The position numbers were made by a program, and so were the translations under genes. A model generated the notes under the pieces. That model did not search any database. It was not told where the DNA came from and was given only the letters and a program-made list of their open reading frames with translations. Below, in pieces: positions 10,601 to 18,307 of a DNA stretch of 64,000 nucleotides (its first letter is position 1; each line of letters begins with the position of its first letter). Source of the stretch: Bacteroidales bacterium (GTDB taxonomy: Bacteria; Bacteroidota; Bacteroidia; Bacteroidales; ML635J-15); the NCBI GenBank assembly GCA_016937855.1, contig JAFGVU010000047.1, positions 6,265 to 70,264 of the forward strand. The letters are read 5' to 3'.

Positions 10601-11260
10601 AAGATTTAAAAAATCGACACTAACACCGGCACATTCAGGAGCTGTACTTGCAAAATCAGCAATAGGAGAATCAACAACTGTTATAACCACATTTGCAGAT
10701 TGAGTGCAATAACCATTTGTAATGTTTAAACTAATAGTTTTGCTTCCTGGGCTTGTCCAGTAAACTCCTGACGGATTTTCTGCTGTTGATACTGCCGGAA
10801 TGGCGTCAGCGCCAAAATCCCACGAGTACGACCAACCTGTTCCTGAGCTTCCTGTGTTTGTAAAATCGACAGACTCGTTTTCACAAACACTTATTGAACT
10901 CGCATTAAAGGAAGCCGTAGGATTCTCATAAATCATAACTCCAAGATTCTTATAAGAAATACATCCTGTAACAACATCGGTTACTGTAAGCGAGACTTCT
11001 TTAACACCGGCAAGGCTATATGTAACAGCTGCAGGAAATTCACCGCTTGCTGTTGCAGGAGTTGCGTCTGCTCCAAAATCCCAGTCGTAAGTACAATCCA
11101 CATGACTATACCCATTATTAACAAAAGTAACCGCATTACCCGTACACTCAGGTGCAGAAGAAGAAAAATCGGCCTGCACACTATCACAATAATGAGGAGC
11201 TTGAGCATAAGCTATAAGCCCAAACAAACTCATAATCACAACTAGTTTTAGTCTTTTCAT
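7643..11260 (-). CDS. T9SS type-B-CTD surface protein: signal peptide, 10 PKD units, 3 Ig-like units, type B sorting domain
   Basis: aa 25-874 form exactly 10 units of about 85 aa. aa 875-1114 form 3 Ig-like units. The last 91 aa are GAYIPTAFTPNNDGKNDIFYIRG...GAYVYH...MINLIR. Confidence 0.9.
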   Translation of the reverse strand: MKRLKLVVIMSLFGLIAYAQAPHYCDSVQADFSSSAPECTGNAVTFVNNGYSHVDCTYDWDFGADATPATASGEFPAAVTYSLAGVKEVSLTVTDVVTGCISYKNLGVMIYENPTASFNASSISVCENESVDFTNTGSSGTGWSYSWDFGADAIPAVSTAENPSGVYWTSPGSKTISLNITNGYCTQSANVVITVVDSPIADFASTAPECAGVSVDFLNLGSSTNCTFSWNFGSGASPATSTDENPTGVVYSNHGAKIVTLTVTNTITGCSVMHSDNIVIRETPSVSFTNSGDDCLSATYGFTNTGSGGSAWTYAWDFGSGANPQVSTTENPTGIQYSTSGVKTVSLTISNSYCSSNAVQNLTVFNSPNADFASNAPVCSGLDVDFINTGSTGNHTYFWDFGAGATPATSTDENPSGVVYATSGNKSVTLTVTDNITSCTDQISKAITIDAVPNVSFTYSGDDCVSEDFDFTNTGSTGGEWSYSWDFGIGASPASSITQNPTGIVYASSGTKNVQLTITNGTCSNSVIQTVEVYETPQANFENTGPKCVGVGVDFSNTGSNTDVTYLWNFGLDANPATSIDENPMGVVYSTSGSKQVELIVTNSITGCSANIIKNVSILATPLVSLTHTDSLCLNQAFSFTNTGSTGSGFSYAWDFGQGATPATASSENPSGVVYSTSGWKYINFTISNSSCSSTILDSVFVLGTPNVDFSSTAPVCSGLSVDFTNTGDNAGVEFSWDFGADSNPATSTEENPQDIVYSQHGIKLVTLVITNTGTTCSASVTHPILIYENPVAAFSSDAPVCGNEGVEFQNAGSTGGNWTFNWNFGQSAQPASSTAENPGSVMYSTGGSKSVSLTVTNGICSSSITNDVEIFEFPEINAGADTIICANTSLILGSPQIDNYTYLWYPLNTLDLDTIPQPVATPTAQFSSYFLTITDTITGCISMDTIRVTMLPSAIANAGPDYEMCQGDSIQIGTGLVEGQMYFWTYNDTIVDFTGIPNPYVMPDQTTVYTLNTFYPGCDVVTDNTLVTVHPKPDVRATGIQDEDSIQIALGEEIQLIAHGGLQFEWLPGESLSNSWVYNPIAKPDTTTIYTVVGTDIYGCFNTDTIKIIVNIPGAYIPTAFTPNNDGKNDIFYIRGKGKASFELYIFDRSGELLYHSTNPDEGWDGTIQGTGRKLPSGAYVYHTKGEYTDGEIFNMTGMINLIR
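8639..11188 (-). repeat. Array of 10 tandem PKD-like coding repeats with strict A/B subtype alternation
   Basis: B-type units carry TD.ITGC (TDVVTGCI, TNTITGCS, TDNITSCT, TNSITGCS, TNTGTTCS). A-type units carry TGS.G..(W/F)(S/T)Y.WDFG and N..C(S/T)(S/N) (TNGYCTQS, SNSYCSSN, TNGTCSNS, SNSSCSST, TNGICSSS). Confidence 0.8.
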
Positions 11261-11421
11261 AAAGATTATTTTTGAATTTAAATTAGATGCTTTTTAACAC
11301 GACAAGATAAGCAAAATATAGTGTTCTGATTAATAAATTAACATTAATTTTTCCTATCATTTTTCATTTTATAATAGATGTTATAACTTTTATACATAAA
11401 ATATATTTTATATCAAATAAA

Positions 11422-11907
11422 TCACATTAGCTCTTTTTTATACTCAACGCTTTCTACATCATTCAGATGCTTTATAAGTTTCACCTTACCAAAACTAAAC
11501 AACACTTTATCACTTTTCCCAACAAAAGTAAAAACTAATGCCGAAACAATAATAATCGGTAAAAGAGTTAAAATTACAGCATTAAGCCAATACCCATAAA
11601 AATTAAACAATTGTGCTCTATATGGATTACCTTTTCTATAAATTACTTTAACCTTTGAGCCTGATTCTAATTTTATACTTCTTGGTGCAGTAAAAGTGAT
11701 AAGTTCCTCGCTATAATAAAAACTAATCATCGGAGCAAATTCGGAATCATCCGGAAATGCTTTATTTTCCCACTTTTTTTGACCAATGACAATTCCGTCG
11801 GTAATTACAGATTTACTAATATCATTCATCCTGTTTATTGTAAAAAAAACGATTATAATTAAGTAGGAAATAATTAAGATGATATTTCGGCCAAGTTTGA
11901 GTTTCAT
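11422..11907 (-). CDS. Small membrane protein, DUF3592-like (N-terminal TM, beta domain, C-terminal TMs)
   Basis: TDGIVIGQKKW...APMISFYYSEELITFTA...SGSKVKVIYRKGNPYRAQL flanked by hydrophobic helices. The family assignment is from memory of the motif pattern. Confidence 0.5.
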   Translation of the reverse strand: MKLKLGRNIILIISYLIIIVFFTINRMNDISKSVITDGIVIGQKKWENKAFPDDSEFAPMISFYYSEELITFTAPRSIKLESGSKVKVIYRKGNPYRAQLFNFYGYWLNAVILTLLPIIIVSALVFTFVGKSDKVLFSFGKVKLIKHLNDVESVEYKKELM

Positions 11908-11921
11908 ATTTTACAATAATT

Positions 11922-11946
11922 AAAAAAAGCCGCAAAAAGCGGCTTT
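11922..11946 (-). terminator. Rho-independent terminator after the dipeptidase gene
   Basis: Minus strand reads AAAGCCGC-TTTTT-GCGGCTTT followed by TTTTTT. It lies 20 nt past the stop at 11966. Confidence 0.65.
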
Positions 11947-11965
11947 AATAGTTTTAACAATTTGA

Positions 11966-13651
11966 CTAGTGAGCAGCCCCCACTACTTTAAATTGATTAC
12001 CGGTTTCGTCCACAATACGTTTGTACCATTGCTCTCCATATCCTGGAAACTCAATATTTGGAGCATAATATTTGTATCCGGCAGGAACAGTAGATGGAGT
12101 TTTAAGGTTCCCATCCATATATTTTGTAAATAAATACGCATAAAGCTCTGTCCAACGTTTATGGGTTGTAATTGCAGCGGCATTTGAGAATCTATTAATT
12201 TCATTTTGAACCTTAACAGGATCTGTATTAATCATTTCTGACATTTTTCTATCAAGTTTTTCGACATCTGCTACAAAGTTATTATGTAATTCTGACTGCA
12301 CCTTTTGGATATCTGGAAACATCATGCTATATCTCGTATATGCATAATTTGAGACCATATTAAAGACCCAAAATGCTGATTCCATAGTAAAATTCATAAG
12401 ATCTCCATTCCCAACTTTAAATGGTTTTGGTATTTCAGTCATAGATGCGTACATTGGCACATAAACTGTTGTAGCAGCATCATCAACTGAGAACCAGTTA
12501 ATTGCACCAATCATGTCCGGCAACCAGCTACGCAATTGAGCTACAAAGGAAAATGCAGTTTGTTGTGTAGCAGTAGCTCTTTCGTTACAATAAGTAACGC
12601 CGTCAACTTCCCATGTAAGAGGTCTCCATCTGTATGGATTTCCAAAAGGCCCGGCACCAATATCTTTAGACATATCTAACTCTGTACCTTCTAAATGATC
12701 TCCCATAAAATTAAACATGTCTATTTGTGAAATTTTTGTTGTAGGTTGTACCCATAGAGGCATTCTGTTAGTTGCATATCCGTTATCTCCATGCTCTATA
12801 TTTCCTTTTGCATATTCCCAGTATTTATCCATACCACCTGTTACTGCGTTAAAAAATGCCCATACTCTGATTTCACAAAATCTGGCACCACCAAAATCAA
12901 CCGGAGCATAAGTATCTGAAAAGCTAAAATCTTGGTCTTTACCATTAAAATAACCTTTTTCGCGAGCAAAACTGATTACGTCGTTTGAGTTGAAAACTGT
13001 TTGTTTTGGATTAAACCAATCATTTTTCTTTTGATACTCAAATGTGGTTATTCTAGCTTGATTTGCATGAGCACAAACATATCCATCAGGAATTTGCATT
13101 GCAACCCAAACAGCACCTTTATTTCCTACGCCTTTTCCGATTACTTCAAAAATCCATGCTTCATTTTTATCGCAAACAGAAAAAGACTCTCCACTACTGT
13201 AATAACCATAGGTATCCATTAGCTCAGTCATAATCATGATGGCTTCACGAGCGGTTTTGGCTCTCTGCAATGTTATATAAATCAACGAACCGTAATCGAC
13301 AATTCCTGTAGTATCAACAAGCTCTGGTCTTCCACCATAAGTAGTTTCACCAATAGCAACCTGATGTTCATTTACATTTCCTACTACATTATAAGTTTCC
13401 TCAACTTGAGCTATTTCTCCAAGGAATTTACCAGTATCCCATTCATAAACTTTTAACATAGTACCTTTGGGATATTTTTTTGCAGGCCAATGATACAACT
13501 CGCCATATAGCAAGTGGCTGTCTGCTGCATAGCTTACCATAACAGAACCATCTATTGATGCTCCTTTGGTAATAATGAAATTAGTACATGCAAAGCCAGC
13601 CAAAGAAGTTAAAAGAAGACCGGCAGTAAGAATTACAAAAAATTTCTTCAT
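11966..13651 (-). CDS. Peptidase family C69 dipeptidase, secreted
   Basis: The signal peptide ends ...LAGFA. The N-terminal nucleophile context is CTNFIITKGASIDGSVMVSYAADSH. The track start at 13660 is TTG, so I prefer the ATG at 13651 (MKKFFVIL...). Confidence 0.85.
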   Translation of the reverse strand: MKKFFVILTAGLLLTSLAGFACTNFIITKGASIDGSVMVSYAADSHLLYGELYHWPAKKYPKGTMLKVYEWDTGKFLGEIAQVEETYNVVGNVNEHQVAIGETTYGGRPELVDTTGIVDYGSLIYITLQRAKTAREAIMIMTELMDTYGYYSSGESFSVCDKNEAWIFEVIGKGVGNKGAVWVAMQIPDGYVCAHANQARITTFEYQKKNDWFNPKQTVFNSNDVISFAREKGYFNGKDQDFSFSDTYAPVDFGGARFCEIRVWAFFNAVTGGMDKYWEYAKGNIEHGDNGYATNRMPLWVQPTTKISQIDMFNFMGDHLEGTELDMSKDIGAGPFGNPYRWRPLTWEVDGVTYCNERATATQQTAFSFVAQLRSWLPDMIGAINWFSVDDAATTVYVPMYASMTEIPKPFKVGNGDLMNFTMESAFWVFNMVSNYAYTRYSMMFPDIQKVQSELHNNFVADVEKLDRKMSEMINTDPVKVQNEINRFSNAAAITTHKRWTELYAYLFTKYMDGNLKTPSTVPAGYKYYAPNIEFPGYGEQWYKRIVDETGNQFKVVGAAH

Positions 13652-13887
13652 CGTTTTCAATATTTAAGTTTTTACAAATATAGTTTTAATTATTATTTTA
13701 CCACTATTTAAATATGTACATTTTTAGAATTTTAACACTTTTTATACATAAATTCTTATCATTGCTTTTTAATTCAAACTAATTTGCATCTTCGAAACGA
13801 TCAGATAACACCTTAAAAATTAGAACTAACTTTAAAATTAATAATCATTTTTTAAAACAATGATATTTAAGCTTACATCTTTTTTAC

Positions 13888-13895
13888 TACTTTTG
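13888..13895 (+). promoter_or_regulatory. Candidate Bacteroidota -7 box (TAnnTTTG) for lgt
   Basis: TACTTTTG lies 20 nt upstream of the ATG at 13915. No clear -33 element is present. Confidence 0.3.
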
Positions 13896-13914
13896 TCAAA
13901 AAATAAGCCAAATT

Positions 13915-14754
13915 ATGATAAGTTCAATCGTTTGGGATGTTAGTCCTATTTTATTAGACCTGGGAAGCTTTCAAATAAGATTTTATTCAGTGTTATTTGC
14001 TGTGGCTTTCATAATAGGGTACTTTGTTGTGAAAAAAATATATAAGCAAGAAGGAATTCCAATTTCAGAACTTGACTCATTAACTGTTTATGTTGTTCTG
14101 GGAGGACTAATTGGTGCTCGTTTAGGACATTGCTTTTTTTATGACTGGGCTTACTATCAAAATCATTTACTAGAAATTATTCTACCTGTAAGCTTTTCGC
14201 CTGAGTTTCATTTTACTGGTTTTCAAGGCTTAGCAAGTCATGGAGGTGCCTTAGGAATAATAATTTCGATGCTGATTTTTAAACGTAAAACGACCAAAAA
14301 GAGTTTTTTCTGGGTAATTGATAGAGTTGCAATTCCAACTGGTTTTGCTGGTGCCTGCATCCGAATGGGAAATCTATTTAATTCCGAAATTTATGGACAT
14401 CAAACCGATTTACCTTGGGGGTTTATATTTGCACGTAATGGCGAAACTTATGCAAGTCATCCGACACAACTATACGAAGCATTTTTTTATGTAATAACTT
14501 CAATAGTATTATTAAGATTATATAAAGTCAAGCGCTTTCGAGAGGCAAAAGGTTTTTTATTAGGGATGTTCTTTATAATGATTTTTACGGCTCGATTCTT
14601 TATAGAGTTTGTGAAAGAAAATCAAGTTGCATTTGAAGATAGTATGAGTCTAAACATGGGACAGATTCTCAGCATACCGATTGTCCTAGCAGGATTCTTT
14701 CTGGTTTTCTGGTCATTGCGTAATTATGATAAACAGCAAATAGATTCCAACTAA
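13915..14754 (+). CDS. lgt: Prolipoprotein diacylglyceryl transferase
   Basis: Polytopic membrane protein with GGLIGARLGHCFFY, SHGGALG and HPTQLYEAFFY motifs. Confidence 0.9.
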   Translation: MISSIVWDVSPILLDLGSFQIRFYSVLFAVAFIIGYFVVKKIYKQEGIPISELDSLTVYVVLGGLIGARLGHCFFYDWAYYQNHLLEIILPVSFSPEFHFTGFQGLASHGGALGIIISMLIFKRKTTKKSFFWVIDRVAIPTGFAGACIRMGNLFNSEIYGHQTDLPWGFIFARNGETYASHPTQLYEAFFYVITSIVLLRLYKVKRFREAKGFLLGMFFIMIFTARFFIEFVKENQVAFEDSMSLNMGQILSIPIVLAGFFLVFWSLRNYDKQQIDSN

Positions 14755-14760
14755 TTGCCT

Positions 14761-15321
14761 ATGGCGAAAATAAAAACCATCTCATATTCCGACTCAACAG
14801 GCAGATTGCGTGAAATATATGACGATTTGATAAAAACAAGAGGTCAATTGGCTGATGTACATATTATTCAAAGTCTTAGACCCGAAAGCATAGTAAAACA
14901 TATGGAGTTATACATGGAAATCATGTATTCAAAATCTAAACTTACTCGTGCCGAAAGAGAAATGATTGCCGTAATTTGCTCAATATCAAACAATTGCGAA
15001 TACTGTTGCAAACACCATTCTGCTGCATTATCTCATTATTGGAAAAACGAGAAAAAAATTAGAGCTCTACTTGAGGATTATAAAAATGCAGATATTACTC
15101 CTCGAGAAATGGCTTTGTGCGAATTTGCATCATCACTAACATGTAATCCGGCAACGTCATTAAATACCGAATATTCTACAATTTTAACTTCCGCAGGCTT
15201 TGATGATAATGAAATTCTTGATGCTACTTTAGTTGTAGCATATTTTAATTTTGTAAATAGAATTGTGATTTCTTTAAACGTTAATATTGAGGAGAATAAT
15301 ATAAATTCATATAAATTTTAA
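14761..15321 (+). CDS. Carboxymuconolactone decarboxylase / AhpD-like peroxidase-related protein
   Basis: CMD-type redox motif NCEYCCKHH. The track start at 14755 is TTG and abuts the lgt stop; an ATG is at 14761. Confidence 0.8.
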   Translation: MAKIKTISYSDSTGRLREIYDDLIKTRGQLADVHIIQSLRPESIVKHMELYMEIMYSKSKLTRAEREMIAVICSISNNCEYCCKHHSAALSHYWKNEKKIRALLEDYKNADITPREMALCEFASSLTCNPATSLNTEYSTILTSAGFDDNEILDATLVVAYFNFVNRIVISLNVNIEENNINSYKF

Positions 15322-15326
15322 AAATA

Positions 15327-17021
15327 ATGAAGAAGATAATTATTTACCTTGTAGTCTCCTTGTTTTCAACTTGTATATTGTTTTCACAAAAATCTCACAA
15401 TACAGCATATAAGATAACTTACAAACAGTTTTCAAATGGCAATTATCAGGAAGACCGCGACTTTTCGATAAGATATTTTAATAATACTTGCTATTTAAGC
15501 GAAAACGATGCAGTTATAAAGCAGTATATAGACTATAATCGAAGAATAAATACAAGTATTATTTCGCACAATGATTCTATTTTCCGGACAGATGTAAGTT
15601 TCGATAGCCTAAGCTCCTATTTGACAAATAACGACAATACTATACTAATTAATGGACTAAACTGTAAATTGGCAACTTACAACTCCTTTTCAAACTCTAT
15701 TGAAGTATATTACACGACAGACTTGCCGGCAAAAGGGAGTCCCTATTCAAGTTTTTTGCCTGATAAAAACTCTTTAGCTGTTAAGATTATCATTAATGGG
15801 AATCGATCAATTTTGTTTGATAAAATCGAACAAATTACTATTAAAGATTTACCTGAATATCAATTTGAAAAATCAAAAGAAATTAATGCAGCAGAGTTTG
15901 AAGAGTTGAAAATTCTATCACGCTACGAGATTTTACCGGTTTTTAAGAATGAAAGAATAAACTTTGACACAAAAATCGAAAAAGTTACTTTAACAGATAA
16001 TTTAAAAAACATAACATTGCATTTGTCGAATGGAGGGGTGATATTAAAAAAAGTCAAATTGCCCGAGAGTGCAAAGAAAGGAGCATATTGCTATGCCAGA
16101 TTAAATGTAAAGTCAGATGGTGATGCTTACGATCGAACAGGATCAGTTTTTATCATAAACGATAACAATTCAATCTCATCAATTGATGCATTTAGCCTAG
16201 GGCTTGATGTATTGCCGACATTTTCGGATAAATCGGGGCAAGAATATCAAGGTTTTGTAATGACAGATAAATATGAACCCCCAATTGAGTTAATGAGGTT
16301 TTTTACATCCTTTGGAGCAGGTCATTTTAATAATTTGAGACCTATTAATAATTACGATTGGGAAAACGAAATACTTTATAAACAAGAAATAACAAGTCTT
16401 ATCCCAACAGATGTTGATGAAATATGGATTGGTGTTTTCATTGGAAATTATGATAAAAACGGACACATAGTAAGTTTGGATCTCGATTTTTATCCTTCAT
16501 GGGATGACGAACCGGCAAATACGAAGAAATACATAAAATCATTGTTTAACACTGTGAATATTATGGAAATGTCAGGTCAAAACTATTGTCGGTTGTTTAA
16601 GACAGACACTCTTGAAGTTGAGTTTTACATACCTGACAGCATTATTAATCCACAATTAGTTTTTACTACTACCGGACATGGTGGGTGGGAAAATGGAGAT
16701 GAGTTTGTCCCAAAACTCAACCAAATTATGATTGATGGTGAAATTATATTTGAGATTGTACCATGGAGAACAGACTGCGCAACCTACCGATTAGGCAATC
16801 CTGCATCAGGAAATTTCTCAAACGGATTATCGAGCAGCGATTTAAGTCGTTCAAATTGGTGTCCTGGCACTTTAACTCCACCCTACTTTATACCACTAAA
16901 TAAAATTTCTGAAGGCAAACATAATGTGCAAGTAGTAATTGACCAAGGTGAGGACGAAGGCTCAAGTTTTAGCTCGTGGAGTGTTTCGGGTACTCTCATT
17001 GGGCTAATACAAAAACGTTAA
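15327..17021 (+). CDS. Secreted protein with a GLPGLI-like N-terminal module and a PNGase F-like two-domain C-terminal part
   Basis: CYARLNVKSDGDAYDRTGSVFII resembles the PNGase F CDEWDRYANVYV segment. TTTGHGGWENGDEF ... DCATYRLGNPASGNF...SRSNWCPGTL resembles PNGase F GWGH...GCSANP...DRAGWCPG. Confidence 0.6.
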   Translation: MKKIIIYLVVSLFSTCILFSQKSHNTAYKITYKQFSNGNYQEDRDFSIRYFNNTCYLSENDAVIKQYIDYNRRINTSIISHNDSIFRTDVSFDSLSSYLTNNDNTILINGLNCKLATYNSFSNSIEVYYTTDLPAKGSPYSSFLPDKNSLAVKIIINGNRSILFDKIEQITIKDLPEYQFEKSKEINAAEFEELKILSRYEILPVFKNERINFDTKIEKVTLTDNLKNITLHLSNGGVILKKVKLPESAKKGAYCYARLNVKSDGDAYDRTGSVFIINDNNSISSIDAFSLGLDVLPTFSDKSGQEYQGFVMTDKYEPPIELMRFFTSFGAGHFNNLRPINNYDWENEILYKQEITSLIPTDVDEIWIGVFIGNYDKNGHIVSLDLDFYPSWDDEPANTKKYIKSLFNTVNIMEMSGQNYCRLFKTDTLEVEFYIPDSIINPQLVFTTTGHGGWENGDEFVPKLNQIMIDGEIIFEIVPWRTDCATYRLGNPASGNFSNGLSSSDLSRSNWCPGTLTPPYFIPLNKISEGKHNVQVVIDQGEDEGSSFSSWSVSGTLIGLIQKR

Positions 17022-17038
17022 TTTAAAAATTCAATAAA

Positions 17039-17254
17039 ATGAGAACTAGTGATTTAATAGTAATAGTATTAACTTTTGTTTTGTTTGTGTTGGCTCTTTT
17101 TGTAAAAGGTTTAACCAAAGACATTTTGCTTGAAGCCGGCGTATTGCTTGTTTCGGTAAAGATCATCATGATGGCAAGGCATCAATATACTATAAATAGC
17201 GAAATTCTTAAAAAATTAGATGATATTAGCAAAAAACAAGAAGGTTGCGATTAA
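17039..17254 (+). CDS. Small two-TM hypothetical protein
   Basis: ATG start 17 nt after the preceding stop, with two hydrophobic helices. No recognisable family. Confidence 0.4.
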   Translation: MRTSDLIVIVLTFVLFVLALFVKGLTKDILLEAGVLLVSVKIIMMARHQYTINSEILKKLDDISKKQEGCD

Positions 17255-17373
17255 ATAGAAATCACAAATCCAAATGATGTTTTTACTATTAAAACATCAG
17301 CTTTAGCAATGTAAATTCAAAAAAGACCATTGGATATTGCAATTGTTTTGTGAATATAATCTCTCAATTTTAA

Positions 17374-17404
17374 TAAAAAAAGTGCAAAACCAAAGCTTCG
17401 CACT
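17374..17404 (-). terminator. Probable terminator after the 283-aa T9SS cargo gene
   Basis: Minus strand reads AGTGCGAAGC-loop-TTTTGCACT followed by TTTTTT. The stem is imperfect. Confidence 0.45.
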
Positions 17405-17433
17405 TATCCTAAACACAGATTAAATTTGTTGAA

Positions 17434-18285
17434 TTAATTTTCGATAATAATTTTCTTTGTCGTTTTTTTTAAACTCATCGTTTCTATTTGTAATATGTAA
17501 ATACCTTTTGCATTATTTGAGAAATCACAAACAACTTTATTAGAATTTGTATTGTCATTATACACCATCTTACCTGCAATATCAAATAGTTCTATATTAG
17601 AAATTTCTTCTTTTGAAAAAATATTAACAACACCATTGGACGGATTAGGATAAATAGTAATTCCGTTTGCTAAAGTCTGATTACTAGATGTAGTAGCAGC
17701 TCCAACGATTATTATATTATCAATTTTTGATTTACCATCTGCAGCAACATCTTCATCATTAATATTTAAATTTGAAGTCATTATCCATCTTAAGTAAATT
17801 AGTTCAGTATTATTACATTCAAAAGGCAATGGAATGTCGTCTTGAACACCTGTTACCCAGTCGTTTGCTGTTGTTACATCACCATCGACAACATCAATCC
17901 AGATACCTTCTTCGCCAATTTTGTATTGCAATTTAAATTCTTTTGGACCAGGAAAAGTTCCTCCTGCTGTAAACATGGCACTAGCAAGAATATTTTCATA
18001 ACCAATAGTGTTTAATGAAATTTCCCATGCCTTGGTATCCATTCCACCATCCCAGCCTATTGCTGATGCTGATTTTGTGGATTCTCCGTTTTTTGAAAAA
18101 TCAATTTCTCCAGTTCCACCTTCGGTGAAAATTTTCATATTTTCGTTTAAAACATTTGACAAATCAGGCAATGAATCATCAAGAGTTCCTGTTGGGAATG
18201 TCCATTTAGCAATTGTGTCGTTTTGTGCTAAAGTATAGCCTGCTGTTATCATCACTGCAAATAATAAAGTAAAGATTTTTTTCAT
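17434..18285 (-). CDS. Secreted protein with a T9SS type A C-terminal sorting domain; N-domain unknown
   Basis: Signal peptide MKKIFTLLFAVMITAGYTLAQ. The CTD reads ITIYPNPSNGVVNIF...GIYILQIE...KIIIEN. Confidence 0.8.
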   Translation of the reverse strand: MKKIFTLLFAVMITAGYTLAQNDTIAKWTFPTGTLDDSLPDLSNVLNENMKIFTEGGTGEIDFSKNGESTKSASAIGWDGGMDTKAWEISLNTIGYENILASAMFTAGGTFPGPKEFKLQYKIGEEGIWIDVVDGDVTTANDWVTGVQDDIPLPFECNNTELIYLRWIMTSNLNINDEDVAADGKSKIDNIIIVGAATTSSNQTLANGITIYPNPSNGVVNIFSKEEISNIELFDIAGKMVYNDNTNSNKVVCDFSNNAKGIYILQIETMSLKKTTKKIIIEN

Positions 18286-18307
18286 TTTTTTATTGTTTTA
18301 GTTAAAT

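Noticed and set aside
13651-13660. N-terminal extensions in the ORF track that begin at TTG. Examples are 13660, 14755, 21910, 23891, 32594 and 43382. Long ATG-upstream extensions occur at 37068, 37669, 54373 and 56819.
   Set aside because: In each case a downstream ATG gives a canonical signal peptide or a conserved N-terminus and removes overlaps with neighbouring genes. The coordinates were adjusted accordingly, but the starts remain unverified.
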